Assembly: GCA_963669175.1 (NCBI GenBank) | Contig: OY769902.1 | Coordinates: forward strand, 2,880,001-2,944,000 | Origin: a bacterium | Lineage (GTDB): Bacteria > Electryoneota > Electryoneia > Electryoneales > Electryoneaceae | DNA: 64,000 nt | Reading direction: 5' to 3' | Translations under genes and position numbers: made by a program | Notes under the pieces: generated by a model | What the model saw: the letters and a program-made list of their open reading frames with translations, nothing else | The model's database searches: none | What the model was told of the DNA's origin: nothing | Shown: positions 48,749 through 57,925 of the stretch, in pieces | Position numbering within the stretch: the first letter of the stretch is position 1 | Layout of the letters: each line of letters starts with the position of its first letter

Positions 48749-50524
48749 TTACTTGCTATACACAATCTTCTGAATCTGCTGATGTGCATTATTCAAGCGT
48801 GCGTCAATGAAGTAAATACCGGTCGCCAGGTCGGAGGCATCAAAACGGAAAGAGTATTCACCGGTTGAATAATGTCCTGCGCCAATAACAGCCACTCTTT
48901 CACCGAGGACATTATATAGATGAAGAGTAACATCTCCTGCTTCGGGTAAAGCTACGGTAATCGAAGTGGAAGAATTAAACGGATTCGGGTAGACTGAAGA
49001 CACCTCGAAATGATCCGGGATACGGCTGTCTTTTGTTTCCGGAGTTGCTGTCTCTTCCCAGACTACTACGGCTGGTGGCGAGGGGAAAGATTCTCCGTCG
49101 GGATACTGTGCTGTAACCGTGTAGCTGTAGGAACCATATTCCGTAAGCAAATTCACGACTGTTTCTGTTACAGCAATCGAAATCCATGTACCATCACGAT
49201 AAATCTTGTAGTATTCAAAACCACCTTCTTCCGGGGCTTGCCAGGTCAGGGTGACATTGCCTGTTTCCGGATCAACATTTCCGGCCAGCGCTGTCGGCGC
49301 GGCGAGGTCGGATGGATCCGCTTCCGGCATGAGATTGATTGTAGCGCATTCCACATTCGGATTGGGAAGCGGCCAGGAATCAAATGTATACCACTGGTTG
49401 GCGTAGCCGCCCCAGCCGTAATTCATGTACACCTGGTTGTAGCCGCCCACAACACGATACCCGGCGCAGGCAATTGCATGCTGGTCAATGCCGTACACCA
49501 TCGGACGTTCCTCATCCAGCTCAGCACAAAGAACAGCAAACCATGCGTCGGCGCCGTAATAGTCTCGACGTTCTGCCAGATCAGCAGACTCCACAAACCT
49601 GAAGTGCGCTGACATCGCCCCGGCCACATCCTGCATGAAAGCGCCGCTGCCTTCGTTGTCATAGTCCATCTCGACAGCCACACCAAGCTCATAATTGAGC
49701 TCGGCTATGGCGTCTATTTCAACTTGTGTCGGGCTGTTGCTGTAATAACCGTAAATATGGTCCCAATCATAGGGATCACTGAAGTCGGCGGACAATTCAT
49801 GCGCAGTAACACCGTCTTCCATCCAGGTATAGGTATGAGAACCTTCTCCCATCGGCGGCCATTGCCAGTAAAGGCAAACCATACCCATGGCTGTGGCGAC
49901 ACAACCAACCGGGCATCGTTCATAACCGTTGACAGGAACATAAGAGTTGTAAGGATATCCCTGGTGCCAGATAATCCCCTGCAACAGGTTCACCCCCGGA
50001 GTGTATTCGTCCAACTCGGAAACAGGCAGGCTGCTTCTGAAGTCCGAGTAGTTATCCCGGGTGTAGGCCTGCCAAAGGTTCGAAGCACGATCTACCTCAG
50101 ATTCCATCACGCCATTGGCCTGCCACTGCGCACGGTTTTCACCAAGTTCCTCAATCTGTTCCATCTTTTGGGCCAGCAGCTCAATCAGGATTTCGCCGGG
50201 CGAATCGGGGCCGTCAAAACTGAGAATGCCCTCATGCCAGGAAGCTTTCACCGGCGGCAGCAGGGAAGAGGCGGTGATAACAGCGTAGCCAGTGGGTGCG
50301 AACTCCATGTAATAGCCTACGATGTTGCCATTGTGCAACAGTGCTTCAGCGTTTTCAACAGCTTCCGGCTGTATGGTCCATTCACCCACCTCATGCATAT
50401 AGGTGGCATAATTCCATGCAACCGTATTCGCCTCTTCCATCGAAATGTCAACACTGGCAAAGACAAATGCAGGAATAACAAGCATTACCAGCAGGATGGC
50501 AGGCATTCTATGTAACCCGTTCAC
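48749..50524 (-). CDS. C10 (streptopain/SpeB-like) cysteine protease with propeptide, FN3-like domain and T9SS/Por-type CTD
   Basis: Motifs WHQGYPYN, GCVATAM, HA....GY and NYGWGG; C-terminal YPNPFN...LATGIYF. Confidence 0.9.
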   Translation of the reverse strand: MNGLHRMPAILLVMLVIPAFVFASVDISMEEANTVAWNYATYMHEVGEWTIQPEAVENAEALLHNGNIVGYYMEFAPTGYAVITASSLLPPVKASWHEGILSFDGPDSPGEILIELLAQKMEQIEELGENRAQWQANGVMESEVDRASNLWQAYTRDNYSDFRSSLPVSELDEYTPGVNLLQGIIWHQGYPYNSYVPVNGYERCPVGCVATAMGMVCLYWQWPPMGEGSHTYTWMEDGVTAHELSADFSDPYDWDHIYGYYSNSPTQVEIDAIAELNYELGVAVEMDYDNEGSGAFMQDVAGAMSAHFRFVESADLAERRDYYGADAWFAVLCAELDEERPMVYGIDQHAIACAGYRVVGGYNQVYMNYGWGGYANQWYTFDSWPLPNPNVECATINLMPEADPSDLAAPTALAGNVDPETGNVTLTWQAPEEGGFEYYKIYRDGTWISIAVTETVVNLLTEYGSYSYTVTAQYPDGESFPSPPAVVVWEETATPETKDSRIPDHFEVSSVYPNPFNSSTSITVALPEAGDVTLHLYNVLGERVAVIGAGHYSTGEYSFRFDASDLATGIYFIDARLNNAHQQIQKIVYSK

Positions 50525-50721
50525 GTTTTCGGCTCCTTGTGTACTTCAGGTGTTCCAGGCAATATCAAACTTGGACTCTTCTTCAATTGTAGATAGAAAA
50601 AAAGCAATAATCATGACAGATAATACCGCTTAAGCGAATTCGGAATATTATAATCACCTCTTTATTGTCATATATAATATTCATACAAATAGTATAATTG
50701 TGTTATTATAGAATATAATAT

Positions 50722-51684
50722 TTATGAAAATTGACTGCCAATGTCATTTCTTCTCACTTTTTCGCGAAGATATTTTACTGCTCCATCAAAACTAGGATAA
50801 ATCGTTGAAGCGTTTATTGAATAGTTATCCAAGATATCAAGTAAACTCAATATCTCATTTCCAGGCAATGTTATTTTTACTATTATTGCATGATTCTTAA
50901 TATTATCTATTTCTTCATATCCTTTTCCATTTTCCATTTGATCAATGGCCTCCGGAGCACTTGGACCATAATCAGAAATTATTGTAAATACTGCTTGCTG
51001 GGCTGACAAGTTTCTATTGATGCCTCCTGGTAGTTCAATAATATCTAATAGATTTCCTCTTCTTTCTATGATGTTAATAGCCCAAACTGCGATTTTATTG
51101 CTTGCAATATAGTCTTTGTCGTGATTTAATAAGTTACTAGCAGCAAAATAGGCAGCAATTAGTGGATTTCTTGTCCAATCAAGCAATCTAGTAGGTAAAC
51201 CATGATGCCTTGCTAAACCTAAAGCGTCCATATGCTCTTCAGACAGCCAAGGTCTAAATTGGTAAACCTCATTTGTAGACGGATTTTTATATCTTCTGTT
51301 TAAAAACAAACTTCTAAATGCAAAGCTGTCACCTGGTATTGTTAATCCAGTTATCCTGCCAACAGTTTCAACAAACAACCTAAGTGCATTTCTTTCGGCA
51401 TGTTTTATATTATCCTTTGAATATAGATCACCACCAATTTCTTTATACGAAATACTATGCAGGGATTTCAAAAAAGCATTTGAATCACCTCTGAAAGCCG
51501 TTGGCACCAACCCCAAATCGGTTTTTGGCTGTCCCCTAAAAATCCATCTTTGGGGATAGGGAGTGCTATCCCAATGCGACTGTTCTTGTCTAAGAAGGTC
51601 TACTAATTCCTGTGACGTCTCACAATTAACAGAGTAGACTCTGTTTTCTTCGTTGAATAAAAAAGTCTCGTGATTATCACTCAT
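50722..51684 (-). CDS. FRG-domain protein (low GC)
   Basis: Motifs WIFRGQ, ARHHGLPTRLLDWT.NPL.AAYFA, N....AQ...F and IYP.FDG. Confidence 0.88.
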   Translation of the reverse strand: MSDNHETFLFNEENRVYSVNCETSQELVDLLRQEQSHWDSTPYPQRWIFRGQPKTDLGLVPTAFRGDSNAFLKSLHSISYKEIGGDLYSKDNIKHAERNALRLFVETVGRITGLTIPGDSFAFRSLFLNRRYKNPSTNEVYQFRPWLSEEHMDALGLARHHGLPTRLLDWTRNPLIAAYFAASNLLNHDKDYIASNKIAVWAINIIERRGNLLDIIELPGGINRNLSAQQAVFTIISDYGPSAPEAIDQMENGKGYEEIDNIKNHAIIVKITLPGNEILSLLDILDNYSINASTIYPSFDGAVKYLREKVRRNDIGSQFS

Positions 51685-52934
51685 TCCTGTTCCCTTTTAA
51701 TCTTTGCACCCAGCGCCAGAAGCTTGGCTTCCAGGTTTTCATAGCCACGATCCAGGTGATAAATACGTCGTATATCGGTGCGTCCCTGTGCGGCCAGAGC
51801 AGCGATTACAAGACAGGCAGAGGCACGCAGGTCTGTGGACATTACTGTCGCGCCTTGAAGCCTGTCCGGCCCACGTACTCGTGCGGTATTGTCTTTCATG
51901 GAAATCCGTCCACCTAGGCGCATCAGTTCTGCAACATGGGTGAAGCGGTCTGGGTAGATAGTGTCGGTGATCAAGGAGACTCCGCTTGCTCCGGTCATCA
52001 GCGCGATCCACTGCGCCTGCATATCTGTAGGAAAGCCGGGATAAACGGCCGTTTCCACATCTACCGAACGAAGTTCGCCGTCACAGGTAACTTGAATGCC
52101 TTCCGTAGTCACAATAAACTTGATTCCCGCTTCAGCCGCCTTGGCCAGCACCATGGTAAGGTGTTCAGGCTCCGCGCCCTTGAGCATGATGTCACCGCCA
52201 GTCAGGCCCGCAGCAACAAGATAGGTGCCCGCCTCGATCCGGTCCGGAATGACACGGCAGTTCACCGGTTCCAGCGAGTCCACGCCCTGAATGGTCAGGG
52301 TTGAACTCTTTTCACCGTCAATCTTCGCGCCCATTTTGTTCAGGACACGGACCAGGTTGGTAATTTCCGGTTCACGCGCCACATTCTCCAGTACCGTTTC
52401 ACCTCTGGCTTTCACTGCCGCCAGAATGATATTCACCGTAGCGCCAACGGAAGGGAAAGGGAGGACATAGTGTGCGCCGTGCATATCTTCAGCGCTTGCT
52501 ATGATATAGCCCGATTCCAGCTCGACCTTTGCCCCGAGCGCTTCCAGTCCTTTCAGGTGAATATCTACCGGACGCGGTCCCCAGGCGCAGCCACCGGGCA
52601 GCGATACTTTCGCTTTGCCCAACCGTCCGAGTAAACCGCCCAACATGTAAAAGGAGGCGCGCATGGTACGGACCAGCTCGTAGGGCGCTTCGGCATTCTC
52701 GATTTTTGTGGCGTCGATATCAACGCTATGATCATGAAATGTGACTTTGACACCGGTATGCTCGATAACCCGTCCCATGGTATGAACATCAACCAGTTGT
52801 GGGATATTCTCGACAGTTGACTTGCCTTCAGCCAGTAATGCCGCGGCCATCAGGGGGAGGGTTGCGTTTTTAGAGCCTGCGATAGCGACGTCGCCCTGGA
52901 GGGGGACTCCACCTTCAATGATCAGCTTATCCAT
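51681..52934 (-). CDS. murA: UDP-N-acetylglucosamine 1-carboxyvinyltransferase
   Basis: Motifs GSKNA, MRAS, LPGGC..G.RP, SVGAT, PGFPTDMQ, DLRA and DRGYE. Confidence 0.97.
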   Translation of the reverse strand: MDKLIIEGGVPLQGDVAIAGSKNATLPLMAAALLAEGKSTVENIPQLVDVHTMGRVIEHTGVKVTFHDHSVDIDATKIENAEAPYELVRTMRASFYMLGGLLGRLGKAKVSLPGGCAWGPRPVDIHLKGLEALGAKVELESGYIIASAEDMHGAHYVLPFPSVGATVNIILAAVKARGETVLENVAREPEITNLVRVLNKMGAKIDGEKSSTLTIQGVDSLEPVNCRVIPDRIEAGTYLVAAGLTGGDIMLKGAEPEHLTMVLAKAAEAGIKFIVTTEGIQVTCDGELRSVDVETAVYPGFPTDMQAQWIALMTGASGVSLITDTIYPDRFTHVAELMRLGGRISMKDNTARVRGPDRLQGATVMSTDLRASACLVIAALAAQGRTDIRRIYHLDRGYENLEAKLLALGAKIKREQE

Positions 52935-53090
52935 AAGGATGTATCCGGTTTCGGTTGTTCGTGACTAACCTGCCCAAGATAAAGCAACTGGCGCAAAAAG
53001 CCAAAGGGATAAGAAGGTGAAATTCAGCGTATCGGTGGTGATACAATATGGCATCAGGATATGATAGTTATGCCCATATCAGATATTCCC

Positions 53091-53320
53091 GTTCTCGATA
53101 TTATCACTTTATAATGGAGATTGCAGGGAAAAGGGGACGGGATCCTTTTCCTCGCGCTTAGGCAGAAGATTTCTGAAGTATTCCTGAAAAAGGAAACTGT
53201 CCCCTTTTCCTTGTAATTCCTGCCTGCTCTTAAGGAAAAAGGGTACAGCCACCTTTCCCGGTCCAATCTCACACCGGGAAGGCTTTGCCCCAGGGAACGG
53301 AAACTGTCCCCTTTTTCCAT
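53091..53320. mobile_element. MITE-like repeat family A copy 3
   Basis: Colinear match to 3484-3712. Confidence 0.75.
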
Positions 53321-53525
53321 CTCCTTTATTCCAACGGTATCAGCATTCTCGCTGTCGTCAGGTCACAACGTGATGCCAGATGACGATAAATCGTACGGAA
53401 TAGCAGGTATGAGCCGGACAAGTGTCTGAAATTACGGAGAAGAACAAGAAATAGGCATCACGTCAAGATCTGACGAAACGTGCTCGTCGAGAATATGCAC
53501 AAATACTTGTGAGCAGCCAATAATC

Positions 53526-55178
53526 TCAATGTTGTTCTGTGATCAGCTCACGTGCGCCAGCGCGTGCGGCGTCTGTCAGTTCCTCGCCACCGACAAGACG
53601 TGCGATTTCATCGACCTGGTCATCGCTTCCCACATCCACCGGACGTGCGAGAACAGTTGTCGAATTGACTGCCTGCTGCTTTTCAATAACAAGATGGTGA
53701 TCGGCGAGGCTGGCGATCTGAGGGAGATGGGTGACCAGCAGAACCTGGCGGTGAGTAGACAGCTCTTTCAGGCGCAATCCAACCTGTCGTGCTGTTCGGC
53801 CGGAAATACCCGTATCAATCTCATCGAAAATTAAGGCCGGTGGTGTTTTTTCTGCGGGACTGAGGCTTTTCAATAATAACATGATGCGTGATAGTTCGCC
53901 TCCGCTGGCGACATCCTGAACTGGTTTTACCGGCTGGCCGGGATTGAAGGAAATATGGAATTCGTACCTGTCCCAACCCGCAGGCCCGACTCGATGCTTC
54001 CCGGTTTTTGGAAAACGGACCAATTCCCCCTCTTCCGGGCATTGCATCAACTTGAACTCCGGTTTGGCAACACCGACAGTTTTCAGGCCTTCACGAATCC
54101 GTGCCGTTATTGAGGTGACAGCTTCTGATCGTTTTTCCGAGATGTGAAGCAACCGTGATTCCCAGTCTGCGATGTGATCGTTGATCTGTTTCTCGATACT
54201 CTTCTTGTCACGTTCCAATTGTTCACTGCCACTTTGCCGTTGCTGGAGGTTTTGCCAGTTTTCCAGCAAGGTTTCCATGCTGCCGCCGTACTTCCGAATC
54301 AGGCGAGACAGATGCCCTCTTCGGTCACGCAGCTCCTCCAGGCGTTCCGGGTCCAGCTCAACATCATTCTGCATGTGGTCCAGGTCACGGCTGGCCTCCT
54401 GCATCGCAGTCAACGCCTGTTCCAGGAGCTCAAGGGGCGGCGAGATGCGGTCATCAATACGAGTGAGTCGTTTCAATTCCTGGGCTACGGAACCGAGCCG
54501 CATGATGATAGTATCGTCGCCCTGATCCAGCCCTTCAACCGCTTGTGCCAGTCCAAGCAGCAACGATTCCGCGCCTTCCAGTCTACGGATCTCCGCATCA
54601 AGAACTGTCGCTTCATTTTCTTCCGGTTGAAACTCTTCGATCTCCTGTAATTGGAATGATGCCAGCTCTTCTGTTTCACGTAAACGCTGAAGCTTTGCTT
54701 CAAGAAAACGTAATTTTTCACGCAACGTCTGCCATCGTTGAAAATCTGTTCCAACCTCTGCCACTTGTACGGTCAGTCCTGCCAGCCTGTCAAGGTGATG
54801 CAGATGTGTGACAGGATCGAGCAGGGTTGCGCCTTCGCGTTGTGCAGTCAGGTCAACACGGATTTCTGCGGAGTCACGAAGTTCAGTTATGGTACAGGGG
54901 GAGCCGTTGATCCAGGCTTTGCTGCGGCCATCCGGCCTGATTTCACGTTTAAGAATGAAAGGTTCTGAATCAGGATTTCGAAATTCAGCTTCAATAATTG
55001 CAGGATTTTGCTCCACCATGTTCGGTTTGGCACGAGCGCCCAAAGCCAGAGAAATCGCCCCCACAAGGATTGATTTTCCCGCCCCGGTCTCACCGGTGAT
55101 GATATTGAGCCCTGTACCGAATGTCAGTTCGATATCCTTGATCAGGGCGAAATCGGTGATGTGCAGGCGCGTCAGCAT
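53526..55178 (-). CDS. recN: DNA repair protein RecN
   Basis: Motifs ITGETGAGKS, coiled coil, ASGGELSR, IFDEIDTG and THLPQIA. Confidence 0.95.
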   Translation of the reverse strand: MLTRLHITDFALIKDIELTFGTGLNIITGETGAGKSILVGAISLALGARAKPNMVEQNPAIIEAEFRNPDSEPFILKREIRPDGRSKAWINGSPCTITELRDSAEIRVDLTAQREGATLLDPVTHLHHLDRLAGLTVQVAEVGTDFQRWQTLREKLRFLEAKLQRLRETEELASFQLQEIEEFQPEENEATVLDAEIRRLEGAESLLLGLAQAVEGLDQGDDTIIMRLGSVAQELKRLTRIDDRISPPLELLEQALTAMQEASRDLDHMQNDVELDPERLEELRDRRGHLSRLIRKYGGSMETLLENWQNLQQRQSGSEQLERDKKSIEKQINDHIADWESRLLHISEKRSEAVTSITARIREGLKTVGVAKPEFKLMQCPEEGELVRFPKTGKHRVGPAGWDRYEFHISFNPGQPVKPVQDVASGGELSRIMLLLKSLSPAEKTPPALIFDEIDTGISGRTARQVGLRLKELSTHRQVLLVTHLPQIASLADHHLVIEKQQAVNSTTVLARPVDVGSDDQVDEIARLVGGEELTDAARAGARELITEQH

Positions 55179-55311
55179 TTTTATCCCATTCCGTTTCGAA
55201 ACACGAGGGAATATACAATTTTTATTGAAAGCTTCCCAAGGTGTACCGGTCCAAAGAAAAACACCCCTGCACCGGGAGGCGCAAGGGTGTGGATGAAACG
55301 AAAAGTTTAGC

Positions 55312-55911
55312 TTATCCGCTGTATTCCTGGTAATCCGCGATCATGGCTTCCATCTGCTTATGAGCAGCTTGCAAGTCATTGGAATAGATACGAATGTCAT
55401 GATACAGACCATAGCTGTCCTTTACATGGTCTTTCAGAGTCGCTTCACGACGGAAGCCCAGCCGCTTGGCCATACGAATAGCGCCATGCTGCCCTGTTTG
55501 CAAATATATATACAGTTTTTCAATACCTACCGAATCCGCATATGGAATAGACTCTTCCATCAGGTGAGTCGCGATGCCGAGATTGCGATAGTCCGGATGG
55601 GTTACTGTTCTGAATTCAGCCGTATGATGCAACCATTTTGCTCGATTTCGAACCAGGATCATCGAAGAAATGATCTTGTCCTCATGCCAACCGGCAAGAC
55701 GATAAACAAATTCGTCGCTGATCTGACGTTTGATCCTCTGTTCATAAAAAGGATCGGAAAAGTCATCCTGCAACAGCATGCGATCGCTCTTGGGAAGTAC
55801 TTCATGAAGCTCTTTCAGTGCAGGGATATCCTGGGCACGCAAGGGTTTCACGGTGATTTCACAATCGTGACGGCACATGATTTTCTTTGGGAAACGACGC
55901 TTCGTAACCAT
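55312..55911 (-). CDS. GNAT-family N-acetyltransferase
   Basis: Motifs HPDYRNLGIA and LGFRREA. Upstream TTGACA-N18-TACCAT. Confidence 0.85.
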   Translation of the reverse strand: MVTKRRFPKKIMCRHDCEITVKPLRAQDIPALKELHEVLPKSDRMLLQDDFSDPFYEQRIKRQISDEFVYRLAGWHEDKIISSMILVRNRAKWLHHTAEFRTVTHPDYRNLGIATHLMEESIPYADSVGIEKLYIYLQTGQHGAIRMAKRLGFRREATLKDHVKDSYGLYHDIRIYSNDLQAAHKQMEAMIADYQEYSG

Positions 55912-56397
55912 CTATCCTCCCGTGGTTAGTATCCAAATAATGGTACGACTTAACCATTGGACCTGTCAAGCAAAGAACACGAGGAATCAGGTTGGGGGTG
56001 AGCCGCAAACCAGTATTGGAAGTCAATTCAAACGAGTTGCTCGTGGCTTGTTACCTGATAACCGGTCAAGTGTGAGTGTTTCAGTATGGAACACACCGGG
56101 AGACAGAATGAGTAAAAATTCACATTTGTTTCAATATTGAACAGTATTGCATATCAGAAATGTGAGCTCTGTTCCAGAATTGTTAAGAATAAGGATTCAG
56201 TATTAGTATACTGTGAGGGGTAAGATTTTATATTTTTAATAATCATTAGGTTATGTGAAGGAGTGTCTCTCGGAGGGCATTTTCGGAATGTGATTTGCAA
56301 AATTATGGCATAGAAGCAGCGAACTGGATCAAAGTGATACAGTAAGCGTAAAAACAGACATTGAATTCTATCCATAAACAACCTGAGGGGGTCCAAG

Positions 56398-56742
56398 ATG
56401 AGCAAGAGCATTGATCTGAACAAGGTACAGATGCCGAACCTTTCGGACATCGAAGATGATCTGAAGCGTTGGGAAGACCAGATTGCCAACTGGGCGAAGC
56501 GTATTCCCTGGTCACAACCGACACAGCGCAAAGATGCAATGATCACGGCCAAATTCCTGCGCAAACTGGTGGCGGAAGCCTGGATTCATACACTGGCGGC
56601 TAAGACACGTGGTTCCGATCCCATGGATCATTCAGCCTTTCGTGCACGTCGCATTCATCGTCAACTGAACCAGTACGGTCCGGTTCTGGCCGAACGGATG
56701 GAAGCACGTCTGCCGCAGTCCGTACCGAGCATCGCAGCGTAA
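56398..56742 (+). CDS. Hypothetical protein, 114 aa
   Basis: RBS GAGGGG and downstream terminator-like hairpin; no family recognised. Confidence 0.65.
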   Translation: MSKSIDLNKVQMPNLSDIEDDLKRWEDQIANWAKRIPWSQPTQRKDAMITAKFLRKLVAEAWIHTLAAKTRGSDPMDHSAFRARRIHRQLNQYGPVLAERMEARLPQSVPSIAA

Positions 56743-56767
56743 GTTCTCGCTGACATCGAAGTTTTCC

Positions 56768-56793
56768 ACGCCCCGAATTCCGGGGCGTTTTTA
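56768..56793 (+). terminator. Intrinsic terminator
   Basis: ACGCCCCG-AATTC-CGGGGCGT followed by TTTT. Confidence 0.7.
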
Positions 56794-56835
56794 CTTGGGG
56801 CAGTGGGCTTTGTACAGTCCTGAACAGCGATGATT

Positions 56836-57870
56836 TCAATCCGACCCAAACCGTGACTGGAGCACCAGAATTTCCAGCCGGTCGAACTGGTCACGCATCT
56901 CGGCGCTGGAGCGAAGTTCAGTCCTGAATGCACGTCGCAAGTGGGCAATGGCGCTGCCCGTACTGTTCAAGCGATCGCCCAGGCCGGCGATACCGGATTC
57001 ATCCAGGGCATAACGTGAGGCCAGTTCCACGAGGAATTTCCGTCCCGGATGACGACTGCGAGCTTTGGTCAGGGAGATTTGTGTCGTATCAAAGAAGTTG
57101 GCGACCTGTTTCAGAATAAGACCGAAGCGTTCATCGCCGGATAAATCCGTGGTTAGTTTCGACAGTTCAGCTTCCTGAGGGCGTAGTTTTACGGCACGGC
57201 GTCCCTTTACGATACTCATGTAATGGGTAACAAAATCGGCGCTGCCGAACAGGGCCATGCCATGTACGTGGTCCAGTACGTCACCGTTCCGTTTCTTCAT
57301 ACCTTCGATAATGTAATCTGCGAACAGGTTGACCGGGTCTTTGTCCGGTAGCGTGAATCGTTGTAACACCGTTTCCCGATCAAACCCGGGCGGCGGGGCA
57401 ATGGAACCGATGAAGATGGGGTAGGAGGTCCAACGGTTGGTGGAGATTTCGCCCCATTTCCGCCCTTCGCTCTGGTTGCTCCAGTGATGACCGATGATTG
57501 GCGCCAGGTGAACACGCTGCAGGATGGGGAAGAAAGGCGCGCCCTCTTCGATCAGGATTTCGCGATGACGGTCATGGATCAACGGACGCGCACGTTCGGA
57601 ACGTGCCCGCAACCGGTTGAAAAAACCGGCCAAGGTCCGGTGTACAAAGCCGGATAATGGATCAGGCCCGCCACGAACAAACAGCAGCGCGGACGTCTGC
57701 ATCAGGGCAAACGCGTAAATCCGTACGTCAGCGGAAAAAGCCGATTCACCAAGCGACAGGAGAAACAGGGCGCGTTCCTCTTCATTTGCGAAAAGGACTT
57801 CACCCGCTTTTGCCTGTACCTGGATCAGGTAGGTCCCACCGGGGACATGAATGCGAACTGGTCTTGCCAT
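56836..57870 (-). CDS. RAYT/Y1-transposase-like protein with DnaA-C-like HTH tail, catalytic residues absent
   Basis: MARPVRI..PG..Y start; YAFALMQTSALL in place of YCLMxNHxHL; RVHLAP in place of RYIxxNP; WTSY. Confidence 0.75.
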   Translation of the reverse strand: MARPVRIHVPGGTYLIQVQAKAGEVLFANEEERALFLLSLGESAFSADVRIYAFALMQTSALLFVRGGPDPLSGFVHRTLAGFFNRLRARSERARPLIHDRHREILIEEGAPFFPILQRVHLAPIIGHHWSNQSEGRKWGEISTNRWTSYPIFIGSIAPPPGFDRETVLQRFTLPDKDPVNLFADYIIEGMKKRNGDVLDHVHGMALFGSADFVTHYMSIVKGRRAVKLRPQEAELSKLTTDLSGDERFGLILKQVANFFDTTQISLTKARSRHPGRKFLVELASRYALDESGIAGLGDRLNSTGSAIAHLRRAFRTELRSSAEMRDQFDRLEILVLQSRFGSD

Positions 57871-57925
57871 GAGACGAAAGGTAGCCGATCAGTTGGTCCT
57901 GAGCAAGCGTGAACAACAGCGTAAA

